Positions 30,471-41,726 of a stretch of DNA of 64,000 nt are shown piece after piece. The notes below the pieces were generated by a model. That model had not been told where the DNA came from. It saw only the letters and a list, made by a program, of their open reading frames with translations, and did no database searches. Made by a program: the position numbers and the translations under genes. Within the stretch, counting starts at the first letter, position 1. Every line of letters starts with the position of its first letter. Source of the DNA: an uncultured Actinomycetota bacterium (lineage in GTDB: Bacteria > Actinomycetota > Actinomycetes > JAHEKZ01). The stretch spans positions 224,001 through 288,000 of the forward strand of contig CAVURN010000003.1 in the NCBI GenBank assembly GCA_963743915.1, given 5' to 3'.

Positions 30471-32115
30471 GTGAACGACCGACGGGACACCGTGGCTGAC
30501 GCTGCCCTGCCGCGGGTGCGCGACGTCCTGGCGCTTGCCGGCCCTCGCGGTGGGGCTGCCCCGCGTCGACGCCGGCAGCCGCGGGCTGGACGGCCCGGTG
30601 CGTTGGGTCCACGTGAGCGAGCTCGCGGACATCGCCGGGCTGCTGACCGGGGGAGAGCTGATCCTCACCACGGGAATCGCGCTTCCCACGACGGACGTCG
30701 ACCTGCGCGGGTACGCCGACACGCTCGCCGCCGCCGGAGCGGCGGGCCTGGTGGTCGAGCTGGGCCGGCGCTTCACCGAGCTGCCGCGCGCCCTCGTCCG
30801 CGGCTGCAACGTGCACGACCTGCCCCTGGTGAGCCTGCACCGTGAGCTGCGCTTCGTGAAGGTGACGCAGGCGGTCCACTCGCTGATCGTCGAGGAGCAG
30901 ATCAGCGCGCTCCGCGCCTCGGAGTCGGCGCACCGCGTGTTCACCCGGCTCTGCGTCGAGGGGGCGTCGGCGGCGTCCATCGTCCACGAGGCGAGTCGTC
31001 TCTCCGGCTCCCCGGTGGTCTTCGAGAACCTCGTGCACCAGGTGGTCGCCCACGCCGCGGGAGATCGGGCGTTGGACGACGTGCTCCGTGACTGGAGCAC
31101 CCGATCTCGCGCCGCTGAGACGTCGTCCCCCAGCGATGTCTGCGGGCCTGAGGGATGGCTGGTGGCCACCGTCGAGGCGCGTGGCGAGGTGTGGGGACGC
31201 CTGGTGCTGCTGCCTGACGGGGTGCCCACGTCGCACCAGCAGATGGTCCTGGAGCGCGCCGCCACCGCACTCACGCTGAACCGGCTGCTGGAGCAGCACC
31301 AGGACCCCATGGAGCTGCAGGCGCATCGCACCACGCTGGCCGACATCATCGACCGGCGCTTCGAGTCCGCCGACGACATCCATGCGCGGACTGCCGCGCT
31401 CGGCGTCCCCACTGCTCGTCGGGAGCTCGTCGCCGTGGTCGTCGAGCTCAGCGCCGACCGGGCGCACCAGCCGCACGCCCGGCCGCGTGACCTCGAGGCC
31501 GAGCTGGTGGCGGCGGCCCTGCGGTCAGCAGACACCAGAGCGCTGGTCGCCTCACTCCGCCCCGGGCGGGTCGGGGTCCTGGTGCCCCTGCCCGAGGGAG
31601 GCGACCCGTCCGTGCTGCTCACCAAGGTGGCGCAGCACGTTCTGGCCAAGGCCGACACCTCGAACGTGGCGCGACCGGTCATCGGCGTCGGCTCGCCCGT
31701 GCGCGACCTCGACGCGGTGCGGCGTTCGTTCGCCGAGGCGGCGCACGCGGCAGAGGCGGCCCAGGGATCGTCGGACGAGAAGCCGTACTACGAACTTCCC
31801 GACGTGCAGCTGCGTGGGCTGCTCTACGTGCTGGGCGGCGACCCGCGCCTGCAGGCCTTCGTCGAGCGGACTCTGGGCCCGCTGCTCGACCACGACGCAC
31901 GCAACCACACCGACCTGCTGGCGGCGCTGCAGGTGTACCTGTCCCACGGGAGGAACAAGTCGGCGGCCGCCGACGCGGCGCACCTGTCGCGTCAGGCGTT
32001 CTACCAGCGCCTGACGACCATCGAGAAGGTGCTCGGCGTCGACCTCGACTCCGCTGAGGCGTGCACCAGCCTGCACGCAGCGGTGATGGCCTACGAAGCC
32101 CTGCGCGCCCCCTGA
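30471..32115 (+). CDS. PucR family transcriptional regulator (frameshift near 30540)
   Basis: VRWVHVSE...GGELILTTG, LGPLLDHD, C-terminal HTH (NKSAAADAAHLSRQAFYQRL). Confidence 0.9.
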
Positions 32116-32142
32116 ACAGGCGTGCCGCTGTCCCCGCCCCGT

Positions 32143-32196
32143 GGGGGTGCCCTGTGACACCGCCTGCGATCTACGGGACTTTCACCGCACCCATGC
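32143..32196 (+). repeat. 54-bp palindromic repeat family 2, left copy
   Basis: 46/54 identical to the reverse complement of 32999-33052. Confidence 0.85.
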
Positions 32197-32238
32197 CGCC
32201 GTCTGTGGCGGTGAAGCCCGATCGATACCGTGACGGGT

Positions 32239-32966
32239 GTGTGCACCGTCGTCGTCGGGTTCCAGTGCATGGCCGACGCGCCACTGATCGTGGCGGCCAA
32301 CCGCGACGAGCTGCGCGTGCGGCCCAGCGACCCCCCGATGCTGCTGAGCCGAGGAACCACCGCGATGGGGCGGACGGGATCGCGTCGCCGGTGGCACCTG
32401 GCTGGCGGTCGACCCGGGGGGACGGGTCGGCGCCGTGACCAACCGCCACCCGGGCGGACGGCTGCCACCGCGTGACCCGGCCCGACGGTCGCGTGGTGGC
32501 CTACCGCTCCAGGTGCTGACCGGTGACGACACCAGCGCGGCGACGTCGATGAGCGAGCTCGAGGCGTCGGCCTACAACCCGGTCAACGTCCTCTACCTGT
32601 CGCCGACATCCGCGCTGTGGACGGGACTGGACGACGCGAGCGGACGCCGCACTCGCGCGCTCGACCCCGGCGTCCACGTGATCACCGAGCAGGACCCCGA
32701 CGATCCGGCCGACCCGAAGGCCGTCCGGATCCTCCGGCAGGCCGAAGCGGCGCCTGCCGCCTCGACAGACGCCGCCGACCTGGTCGAGCGCTGGCGCGAG
32801 GTGCTGCGCTCGCACGAGTCGCCGGGGGGCGGTTCTCCGGCGTGCATCCACGCCGAGCAGCACGGCACGGTGTCCAGCGCCACGGTCCTGGTCGACGCCG
32901 CACGGCGTCCGGTACGAGCACGCCGACGGGCCGCCCTGCATCACGCCCTACGTACGGGTGCTCTGA
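32239..32966 (+). CDS. NRDE/TANGO2 family protein (frameshifted)
   Basis: MCTVV...AANRDE, GGTWLAV, VTNR, SRGGLPL, HGTVSSA across frames. Confidence 0.82.
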
Positions 32967-32998
32967 CCACGTCTGGCGGTCCGCCCCCGATTTCCCTC

Positions 32999-33052
32999 GC
33001 ATGGGTGCGGCCAAAGTCCCGTAGATCGGGATCGGTGTCACACCGCACCCCC
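32999..33052 (-). repeat. 54-bp palindromic repeat family 2, right copy
   Basis: inverted partner of 32143-32196. Confidence 0.85.
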
Positions 33053-33105
33053 CAAGGGGGTGGAACGGCGGGTGCAGATCGTGGAACGTGAGGCACCATG
33101 GAGGG

Positions 33106-33937
33106 ATGGGACGACTGGTCGACCGACGCCGGATGACGCGCCTGCGGGACGGGCGCGCCACCGAGGTCGTCGACAGCCTCGCCGTCGAGGAGCCCCTGAC
33201 GGTCCGGATCAACGGCGTCGACACCGCCACGACGATGCGCACCCCCGGCCACGACATCGAGCTGGCCCTCGGCTGGCTGGTCTCCGAGGGCATCGTGCGG
33301 GCGCCGGACACAGGTCGTCGGCGCCATGGCGTGCGACGAGAGCACCGTCGAGGTACGCCTCCGTGACGGCGTGGCGCCACCCGAGGTGCCGGCTCGGCGC
33401 CGGCAGCAGCGCCTGTGGCATCTGCGGTACCGACCGCATCGCCGACGTCGTCGCTCGCGGGCTCGGATCGGCCCGGACGCCGCGAGCGCGCTCGGCACAC
33501 CGGAGTCGTCACCCAGCTGCCCGGACCGACTGCGCCGTGCGCCAGTCGGCGTTCGACCGCACCGGAGGTCTGCACGCTGCCGCCCTCTTCACCCTCGACG
33601 GCGATCCCGTCTGCGTCCGCGAAGACGTCGGACGCCACAACGCGGTCGACAAGGTCGTCGGCTGGGCGCTTCAGCAGGACGCGCTGCCGGCGTCCGCCTG
33701 GCTGCTCCAGGTCAGCGGTCGAGCCTCGTTCGAGCTGACGCAGAAGGCGGTCATGGCCGGCGTGCCGCTGTTGGCGGCGGTGTCGGCGCCCGTCGACGTT
33801 GGCCGTCGACCTGGCGCAGTGATGCCGGGCTGACCCTGGTCGGCTTCTCGCGCGGCGACTCGTTCAACGTCTACGCGGGCGTGGAGCGCCTCACGCCGGC
33901 TGCAGCTGCTCCATCGCCCGTCGCGCAACCGGGCTGA
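33106..33937 (+). CDS. fdhD: formate dehydrogenase accessory sulfurtransferase (frameshifted)
   Basis: [51 protein letters not shown]. Confidence 0.92.
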
Positions 33938-36923
33938 GCTCGACCTGACCCGACGCCACGGCGTCCAGCAGGTCTCGCTGCATCGACGGCGTCCAGAAGA
34001 GCCGGATGTGGTTGGCCACGACGCGCGAGGCGTCCTCGTCGGCCATGAAGCTCTGGTTGGCGGCGATCTGGTCGGCCATCCGCACCAGGTCCGCCAGGCT
34101 GACCACAGCGCCGTCGATGTGGTGCACCGCCTCGGGGGGCTCGTCGGCGTTGGCCGGACGGATCTGCACCGCGGTCACCTTGTACTCGGGGCAGTTGGTG
34201 GCCCAGTCGGAGTACTCGGTGGTCACGACGTTCGCGCCGCTCTCGGGGTGGTGGAACGTCGTGTACACGACGCCCTGCGGCACCCGGTCGGTGATCACGA
34301 GTCGCCCGCATGTGCGTCTCGCCGACGCGGCTGCTCAGCGCGACCCAGTCGCCGTCTGGAGATGCCGCGCTCGGACGCGTCCGCCTCGTGCAGCTCGAGG
34401 ATGTCCTCGGGGTGCCATTCGACGTTGGCAGTACGCCTTGTCTGGGCGCCCACGTTGTACTGCGACAGGATCCGCCCGGTCGTCAGCAGCAGCGGGAACT
34501 TGCGGTTCGCCTTCTCGTCTGTGGGGACGTACGGCGTCGGGGCGAAGTGGCCGAGGCCGCGGACGAACCCGTCGACGTGCATGATCGGCGTGCCCTGGGG
34601 CGCCGCGTCGTTGCACGGCCACTGCACGCTGCCGACCTCGTCGAGGTGCGCGAACGAGACACCGGCGAAGGTCGGGGTCACGCGGGCGATCTCGTCCATG
34701 ATCTGCGACGCGTCGTCGTAGTGCATCGGGTAGCCCATGGCCGTCGCGATCTCGCAGGCGACCTGCCACTCGTCCTTGCCCGGCTTGGGATCCATCAGCG
34801 GCCGCACCCGGTTGATGCGCCGCTCGGCGTTGGTGAAGGTGCCGTCCTTCTCGAGGAAGGACGTGCCGGGGAAGAAGACGTGGGCGAACTTGGCCGTCTC
34901 GTTGAGGAAGAGGTCTTGCACGACGAGGGTGTCGAGCGACCGCAGCGCGGCGTGGACGTGGTTGATGTTCGGGTCGGACTGCGCGACGTCCTCGCCCTGC
35001 ACGAAGAGGCCGCGGAAGGTGCCCGCCAACGCGGCATCGAACATGTTGGGGATGCGCAGCCCCGGGTCGGCGCGCAGCTCGCGGTGCCCAAACCTCCTCG
35101 AAGAGCACGCGCACGGTGTCGTCGGACACGTGCCGGTAGCCGCTGAACTCGTGCGGGAACGATCCCATGTCGCACGAGCCCTGCACGTTGTTCTGACCGC
35201 GCAGCGGGTTGACTCCGACGCCCTCGCGGCCGATGTTCCCCGTGGCCATGGCGAGGTTGGCCATGCCCATGACCATCGTCGACCCCTGGCTGTGCTCGGT
35301 GACGCCGAGGCCGTAGTAGATGGCAGCGTTCGGCGCGGACGCGTAGAGGCGCGCGGCTGCGCGCAGCTCGGACGCCGGGACACCGGTCGTGGACTCCATC
35401 GCCTCGGGGCTGTTCTCGGGCTGCGCGATGAACGCCTCCCAGGCCGCGAACGAGTCGGCCTCGCAGCGGTCGGCGACGAACCCGCGGTCGACAAGACCTT
35501 CGGTGACGACCACGTGGGCGAGCGCGTTGACGACGGCGACGTTGGTGCCGGGCAGCAGCTGAAGGTGGTGCTGCGCCTCGATGTGCGGTGACCGCACGAG
35601 GTCGGTCTTGCGCGGGTCGACCACGATCAGCCCGGCGCCCTTGCGCAGGCGCTGCTTCATCCGTGAGCCGAACACCGGGTGGGCGTCGGTGGGGTTGGCC
35701 CCGATCACCATGATGACGTCGGCCTGCTCGACCGATTTGAAGTCCTGTGTGCCGGCGGACGTGCCGAACGTCGTCTTGAGTCCGTAGCCCGTGGGGGAGT
35801 GACACACCCGCGCACAGGTGTCGACGTTGTTGTTGCCGAATGCCGCGCGCACCATCTTCTGCACGACGAAGACCTCTTCGTTGGTGCAGCGCGACGACGT
35901 GATGCCGCCGATGGCGTCTGGTCCGTACTGCTGCTGAAGTGCCTTGAACCGCTCGACGGTGAACGAGATCGCCTCGTCCCACGAGACCGCGCGCCACGGG
36001 TCGTCGATGGACTCGCGCACCATTGGTTCCATGATGCGTTCGTCGTGGGTCGCGTAGCCCCACGCGAAACGACCCTTGACGCACGAGTGGCCCTCATTGG
36101 CGCCGCCGTCCTTCGACGGCGTCATGCGGACGAGCTCATCCCCGCGCAGCTCGGCGTCGAACGAGCAACCGACGCCGCAGTAGGCGCACGTGGTCTTGAC
36201 CGTTCGCGTCGGCATGCCGAGCTCGATGATGCTGTTCTCCTGCAGCGCCGTCGTCGGGCACGCCTGCACGCACGCACCGCACGAGACGCACTCGGACTCC
36301 ATGAAGCTGGTGCCGGACGCCGAGATGACCGAGTCGAAGCCGCGTCCCTCGACGGTCAGCGCGAGCGTCCCCTGAATCTCGTCGCACGCGCGCACGCAGC
36401 GCGAGCAGACGATGCACGCCTTCGGGTCGAAGGTGAAGTACGGGTTGGACGTGTCGGCGTCCAGGTGCTGGTGGTTCTCGCCGGTGCGTCCGTAGCGGAC
36501 GCCCTGCAACCCCACCGTGTCGGCCATCGCGTGCAGCTCGCAGGCGCCCTCGACGCAGCTGCCCTCGGGGTGGTCGGACAGGTAGAGCTCGACGACGCCC
36601 TGGCGCAGCTTGTCGACCGTTGGCGAGGTGGTGGCCACCTTCATGCCCGGTGCGACCGGCGTGGTGCAGGACGCCGGCGTGCCGGGGCGTCCTTCGATCT
36701 CGACCAGGCAGACTCGGCAGGAGCCGAACGACTTCAGGGTGTCGGTGGCGCAGAGCTTGGGGATGTCGACGCCGGCGATCGCGGCCGCGCGCATGATCGA
36801 GGTGCCCTCGGGGACGGCGACGGTCGCGCCGTCGATCTCGACCTCGACGGTCGGCTCGCCAGGGACTGCCGGCGTGCCGAGGTCGGCGTCCAGGCGTCCC
36901 GCCGGTTCGTGGAGCAGTGTCAT
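33891..36923 (-). CDS. fdsA: NAD-dependent Mo formate dehydrogenase alpha subunit with C-terminal FdsD-like domain (frameshifts near 35090 and 34300-34360)
   Basis: 2Fe-2S and 4Fe-4S motifs, CAYCGVGC, CARVCH (Cys ligand), LRGQNNVQG, EKDGTFTNAERR, CPEYKVTAV. Confidence 0.92.
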
Positions 36924-38482
36924 CGGGAGACCTCCTGCGCCGTCAGACCGAAGTCTTCGGGGAACTTGGTGAGTGCGCTGCGCACCGGCAGCGGCGTGAG
37001 GCTGCCCATCGCGCAGAGCGATCCGCCGACCATGGTGTCGCAGAGGTCGAGCAGCAGGGTGAGGTTGCCGGAGCGGTCGTCGCCGGTGGTGATGCGGTCG
37101 ATGACCTCGACGCCGCGGGTGGAGCCCACGCGGCACGGAGTGCACTTGCCGCACGACTCCTCGGAGCAGAACTCCATCGCGAAGCGGGCCATGCGCGCCA
37201 TGTCAACGGTGTCGTCGTGCACCACGATTCCACCATGACCGACCATCGCGCCCGCCGCAGCGAACGTCTCGTACTCGAGCGGCAGGTCGAGCTGGTCCGC
37301 ACTCAGGTAGGCCCCGAGCGGCCCGCCGACCTGAACCGCCCGGAGTGGTCGGCCGGACGCGGTGCCGCCGCCGAAGTCCTCGATCAGCTCGCGGAGCGTG
37401 ACGCCGAACCCGAGCTCGACGACGCCGCCCTGCTTGATGTTGCCGGCGAGCTGGAAGACCTGCGTGCCGAGTGAGCGGTCGAGGCCGCGGGAGGCGTAGG
37501 CGTCCGCGCCCTCGGCCAGCACGAACGGCACGCTGCCCAGCGTGAGCACGTTGTTGACGACGGTCGGCTGGCCGAACAGACCTTCGAGCGCCGGCAGCGG
37601 AGGCTTGGCGCGGACCATGCCGCGCTTGCCCTCCAGGCTGTCGAGCATGGACGTCTCTTCGCCACAGATGTACGCACCGGCGCCCATGCGCACCTCGATG
37701 TCGAAGGCGCGGCCGCTGCCAAAGACGTCGACGCCGAGCCATCCGGCGTCCCGCGCGGTCTGGATCGCGGCGCGCAGGAGGTCGCCGGCGTCGGGGTACT
37801 CGGAGCGCAGGTAGATGTAGCCCTGCGTCGCGCCGACGGCGAGCGCGGCGATCGTCATGCCCTCGAGGAGAGTGAACGGATCGCCCTCCATCAGCATCCG
37901 GTCGGCGAAGGTGCCGGAGTCGCCCTCGTCGGCGTTGCAGCAGATGTACTTGGTGCCGCCCGCGGCGAGTGGGGCGTCCAGCACGGTCTGCCACTTGCGG
38001 CCGGCAGGGAAGCCGGCACCGCCGCGTCCGCGCAGCCCGGACGCCGTCACGGCGTCGACGACCTGCTGCGGCGTCATCGCGATGGCGTTGCGCAGACCGA
38101 CCAGCCCGCCGTGCGTCTCGTAGTCGGCGAGGTCGAGCGGGTCGATGACACCCATGCGGGCGTAGGTCAGGCGGTCCTGGCGGGCCAGCCACTCGAGCTG
38201 GTCAACCGGACCGTGGCGCAGCCGGTGATCACCCCCGCGGAGCAGCCCGGCGTCGAGCAGCTCGCTGACGTCGGACGCCCGCACCGGCCCGTAGCCGACG
38301 CGGGTGCCGTCGACGTCGACCTCGACGAACGGCTCGAGCCAGAGCATGCCGCGCGATCCGTTGCGGACCAGGCGGATGTCGTCACCGCGGCGCGCGGCCT
38401 CGGCGGTGAGCGCGACGGCCACCTCGTCGGCGCCGACGGCGCGGGCTGAGGAGTCGCGCGGGACGTAGACGGTGACGGTCAC
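36920..38482 (-). CDS. fdsB: formate dehydrogenase beta subunit (NuoF-like, FMN/NAD)
   Basis: GLRGRGGAGFP, NADEGDSGTF, GAYICGEET, ESCGKCTPCR. Confidence 0.93.
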   Translation of the reverse strand: MTVTVYVPRDSSARAVGADEVAVALTAEAARRGDDIRLVRNGSRGMLWLEPFVEVDVDGTRVGYGPVRASDVSELLDAGLLRGGDHRLRHGPVDQLEWLARQDRLTYARMGVIDPLDLADYETHGGLVGLRNAIAMTPQQVVDAVTASGLRGRGGAGFPAGRKWQTVLDAPLAAGGTKYICCNADEGDSGTFADRMLMEGDPFTLLEGMTIAALAVGATQGYIYLRSEYPDAGDLLRAAIQTARDAGWLGVDVFGSGRAFDIEVRMGAGAYICGEETSMLDSLEGKRGMVRAKPPLPALEGLFGQPTVVNNVLTLGSVPFVLAEGADAYASRGLDRSLGTQVFQLAGNIKQGGVVELGFGVTLRELIEDFGGGTASGRPLRAVQVGGPLGAYLSADQLDLPLEYETFAAAGAMVGHGGIVVHDDTVDMARMARFAMEFCSEESCGKCTPCRVGSTRGVEVIDRITTGDDRSGNLTLLLDLCDTMVGGSLCAMGSLTPLPVRSALTKFPEDFGLTAQEVSR

Positions 38483-39009
38483 GGGGTCTCCCCTGAGGCG
38501 GCGCGGACATCAGCGACCAGCGCGTCGAGCGTGGCGGCGTCCACGCGGCCGTGCAGCCGCCCGCCGACCGATGCCGTGGGGCCGAGCGCACAGTTGCCGA
38601 AGCAGAAGATCTGCTCGATGCCGATGCTGCCGTCCGGCGTCTGCTCGCCGACGCCGCAGCCGAGGGTCGCGGTCGCGTGCTGGACCAGCGCCTCGGCGCC
38701 CACCGCCTGGCAGGCCTCACCCCGGCAGATGGCCACGGTGACGTCGGCGGGCGGGGCGCTGCGGAAGTCGGCGTAGAACGACTGCACGCCGTGCACCTCG
38801 GCGATGCTCAGGTTGAGCACGTCGGCGACCACCGGGACGGTCGGCGACGGCAGGTGACCGAACGCGTGCTGGACGTCGTGCAGGATCTCGAGCAGGGGGC
38901 CTGGCTCGGCGCTGCGGGCCTCGGCGATGTCGCGGATGCGCGCGGCCACGGGATCGGCGGCGTCCGAGGACGCGCCGCCCGGCCTTTCACTGAGCGACCG
39001 TTCAGTCAT
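38479..39009 (-). CDS. fdsG: formate dehydrogenase gamma subunit (NuoE-like 2Fe-2S)
   Basis: LNLSIAEVHGVQSFY, CRGEAC, CFGNCALGP. Confidence 0.92.
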   Translation of the reverse strand: MTERSLSERPGGASSDAADPVAARIRDIAEARSAEPGPLLEILHDVQHAFGHLPSPTVPVVADVLNLSIAEVHGVQSFYADFRSAPPADVTVAICRGEACQAVGAEALVQHATATLGCGVGEQTPDGSIGIEQIFCFGNCALGPTASVGGRLHGRVDAATLDALVADVRAASGETP

Positions 39010-39124
39010 TTCTCCGAGCGTACGCCTCTTGACGTCGAACAACCACGCTCCGAACGGGCGGAATCCACGAGGTGGAACGGTGGTTCCACGCCTGACGTCC
39101 CGATTTCTTCGCTGGAGCAGACGA

Positions 39125-39880
39125 TCAGTCGAAGCGCGCCATCGTCCGGACGTTGAGCAGCACCATCCCGGTGGCGAACACCACCGCGACCGCGAAGCCG
39201 GGCCAGATCGTCGCCCAGTCGAGGTCGACCAGGATCAGCGAGCGCATGGACTCCATGACGTAGGTGACCGGGTTGAAGGTGGCGGCGACCTCCATCGGAC
39301 GCGTCAGCAGCTCGCGCGGCACGAAGTTGGGCGTCAGGAACAGGAGCGGGAAGAAGATCAGCCCCGCCGAGTTCGTGGCCGCCGCGTTCCGCGTCTTCAG
39401 CGCGACGAACTGCAGGAAGCCGCTGTAACCCACCGCCCAGAGCGAGGTCAGGGCCACGAGCAGGACGAACCCGATGACGCCGCTGGCCACGTCGATGCCG
39501 AAGGGCAGGGCGATGAGCACGATCACCAGGGTCATCAGCGTCGACTTCAGGGCCTCGGCGGACAGTCGTCCGAGTGCCAGCGAACCGCGGGAGATCGGTG
39601 CGGCCCGGAGCTTGTCGAAGTAACCGTTCTCGATCTCCTCGACCAGGTACAGCGCAGCCGTGCCGAAGGAGGCGGCGAGCAGCAGGGTGCTGGGCAGCTG
39701 GAAGGCGGCGTAGCTCTGTCCGCCCATCCAGTCCTGGCTGGCGGTGGGGAAGATCTTGGCCGCCTGTCCCACGTTGACCACGAGAAAGAAGAGCGGGATC
39801 AGCAGCGTGGGGACCAGGGCGTCCGGCGTCCGCTTGGCCTCGCGGACCGCGCGCTCACCGAGGACGAGGACGTGGCTCAT
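39125..39880 (-). CDS. ABC-2 type exporter permease
   Basis: six TMs, GYFDKLRAAPISR, NPVTYVME. Confidence 0.88.
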   Translation of the reverse strand: MSHVLVLGERAVREAKRTPDALVPTLLIPLFFLVVNVGQAAKIFPTASQDWMGGQSYAAFQLPSTLLLAASFGTAALYLVEEIENGYFDKLRAAPISRGSLALGRLSAEALKSTLMTLVIVLIALPFGIDVASGVIGFVLLVALTSLWAVGYSGFLQFVALKTRNAAATNSAGLIFFPLLFLTPNFVPRELLTRPMEVAATFNPVTYVMESMRSLILVDLDWATIWPGFAVAVVFATGMVLLNVRTMARFD

Positions 39881-40716
39881 GACGCGACCTCCTTGACCTC
39901 GCCGGCAAGGCGTTCTCGGACGCGGCCGGTGACGTCCAGGAAGACGTCGTCGAGGGTGGGCTCGGTGTCGAGGCCGCGACGCTGCTTGAGGTCGGCCTTC
40001 AGCGCCTCGGGGGTGCCCTCGGTGACGATGCGCCCGTCGTCGATGATCGCCAACCGGCCGCACAGGGCGTCAGCCTCTTCGAGGTACTGCGTGGTGAGGA
40101 AGACCGTGGTGCCCTGCTCGTTGATGCGCCGCACCTCGTCCCACACGACGAGCCGGCTGGCCGGGTCGAGGCCGGTGGTCGGCTCGTCGAGGAAGAGGAC
40201 GTCGGGGCGGTGGACGAGGGCGGACGCGAGGTCCAGACGCCGCCGCATGCCGCCGGAGTAGCCCTTGATGAGTCGGTCGGCGGCTTCGACGAGGTCGACC
40301 AGCTCGAGCAGCTCTTCGGCGCGACCGGCGGCCTCGGCGCGAGTCATGCCGAACAGGCGCGCCTGCAGCACCAGCAGCTCACGGCCGGTCTGACGGAGGT
40401 CGAGCCCGGCCTCCTGGAGGGCCACGCCGATGCGGCGGCGCACCTCGTCGGGGTCGGACGCGACGTCGACGCCGGCCACCGTGGCACTGCCGGCAGTGAT
40501 GCCGGTGAGCGTGGTGAGCATGCGGACAGTGGTGGACTTGCCGGCGCCGTTGGGACCGAGGAAGCCGAAGATCTCACGGGGGTGGACCGCGAGGTCGACG
40601 CCGCGGACCGCGTCGACGGTGCCGGCCCGGCCGGTGAAGGTCTTCACCAGGCCTTGGGCGGAGACGGCGAGGTCGGGGGTGGTGGTGGGGGCTGAATCCG
40701 TGGGGGGAGGAGTCAT
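39877..40716 (-). CDS. ABC exporter ATP-binding protein (DrrA-like)
   Basis: GPNGAGKST, YSGGMRRRLDLA, FLDEPTTGLD, LTTQYLEEAD. Confidence 0.92.
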   Translation of the reverse strand: MTPPPTDSAPTTTPDLAVSAQGLVKTFTGRAGTVDAVRGVDLAVHPREIFGFLGPNGAGKSTTVRMLTTLTGITAGSATVAGVDVASDPDEVRRRIGVALQEAGLDLRQTGRELLVLQARLFGMTRAEAAGRAEELLELVDLVEAADRLIKGYSGGMRRRLDLASALVHRPDVLFLDEPTTGLDPASRLVVWDEVRRINEQGTTVFLTTQYLEEADALCGRLAIIDDGRIVTEGTPEALKADLKQRRGLDTEPTLDDVFLDVTGRVRERLAGEVKEVAS

Positions 40717-40753
40717 GCAGGGGACCCTAACTTGACCCCCCGACAACCCTCAC

Positions 40754-40829
40754 CCCCGTTTTCTACGTCAGGGCGCCACGATGCCCCGTCCTGCGGCGTG
40801 ACCATGGCGGTCTGGCGTAGAGAACGGGG
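40754..40829 (-). repeat. REP-like palindromic repeat family 1, copy B
   Basis: terminal IR ccccgttttctacgtcag / ctggcgtagagaacgggg (16/18); directly after the deacetylase stop codon. Confidence 0.82.
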
Positions 40830-41726
40830 TCAGGGGGTGGGGCGGCGGTACTCGGGGTCGACCGGTGGTGGGGTCAGCGTCCGGGGCGGCAGCGCGAGCG
40901 AGCGCACGTGCTCGGCGATCTCGCCCAGGGACGCGACCCAGACGTCGCCGTACTCCAGGCCCTGCACGATCACCTGCTCGAGCGCCGCGGTGCGCGAGGG
41001 GCGTCCGGTGATGAACGGGTGGTTGGTCAGGACGAAGCAGCCTGCCTCGTCGCGCAGCGCGGCCAGCTCGAGTCCCCACACCTCGCGCACCTTGGCGGGC
41101 GAGTCGATGTCGCCCTCGCTCACGCCGGGGATGAAGCAGTACTGCTCCCAGTCGTCGAGCGACCAGTGGATCGGGATCTCGACCAGAGATGCGCCTGCAT
41201 CCCCGACGGAGAGCTCATACGGCACGTCGGCGTCCATCAGGCTGCTGTCGTAGAGCAGCCCACGCTCGTGCAGCAGCTGCGGCGTGTACCAGGACGGCTC
41301 CCACATCGGCGCCCGGTACCCCACCGGTCGGACGCCGGCGACGCGCTCGATCGCCTCCATGCCGCGGTCGAACCAGCGCGCCTCGGTCTCAGGCGAGACA
41401 TCCTGCAGGCTCTCGTGCATGTAGCCGTGGTGCGCAATTTCGTGGCCGGCGGCGACGATGTCACGGATCACGCCGGGGTGGCGCTCGGCCGTGTAGCCAG
41501 GGACGAAGAACGTGCTGCGGACCGCGTGCTTGTCGAGCAGCCTGAGCAGCCGGGGGACGCCGACCAGCGGCCCGTACGACTGGTGGCTCATGACTCCCGG
41601 ACGGTTCTCCGACCCGGCTGAGGCGAACAGGACCGCTGACTCGGCGTCGACGTCGAAGGTGAACGCAGCAGCTGCTCGCTTGCCCCCGGGCCAGCTGACT
41701 GCGCCGGCGGGTGCCGGCCCGGTCAT
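40830..41726 (-). CDS. polysaccharide deacetylase/PuuE-like amidohydrolase
   Basis: [39 protein letters not shown]. Confidence 0.88.
   Translation of the reverse strand: MTGPAPAGAVSWPGGKRAAAAFTFDVDAESAVLFASAGSENRPGVMSHQSYGPLVGVPRLLRLLDKHAVRSTFFVPGYTAERHPGVIRDIVAAGHEIAHHGYMHESLQDVSPETEARWFDRGMEAIERVAGVRPVGYRAPMWEPSWYTPQLLHERGLLYDSSLMDADVPYELSVGDAGASLVEIPIHWSLDDWEQYCFIPGVSEGDIDSPAKVREVWGLELAALRDEAGCFVLTNHPFITGRPSRTAALEQVIVQGLEYGDVWVASLGEIAEHVRSLALPPRTLTPPPVDPEYRRPTP

Noticed and set aside
35790-35830. Possible selenocysteine or recoding in the FDH active site
   Set aside because: The active site reads CARVCH with an ordinary Cys codon; no in-frame TGA.
36920-39009. NuoE/NuoF-like genes as a partial complex I or hydrogenase
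   Set aside because: Directly coupled to a Mo-bis-MGD formate dehydrogenase alpha subunit and fdhD, so they are FdsG/FdsB.
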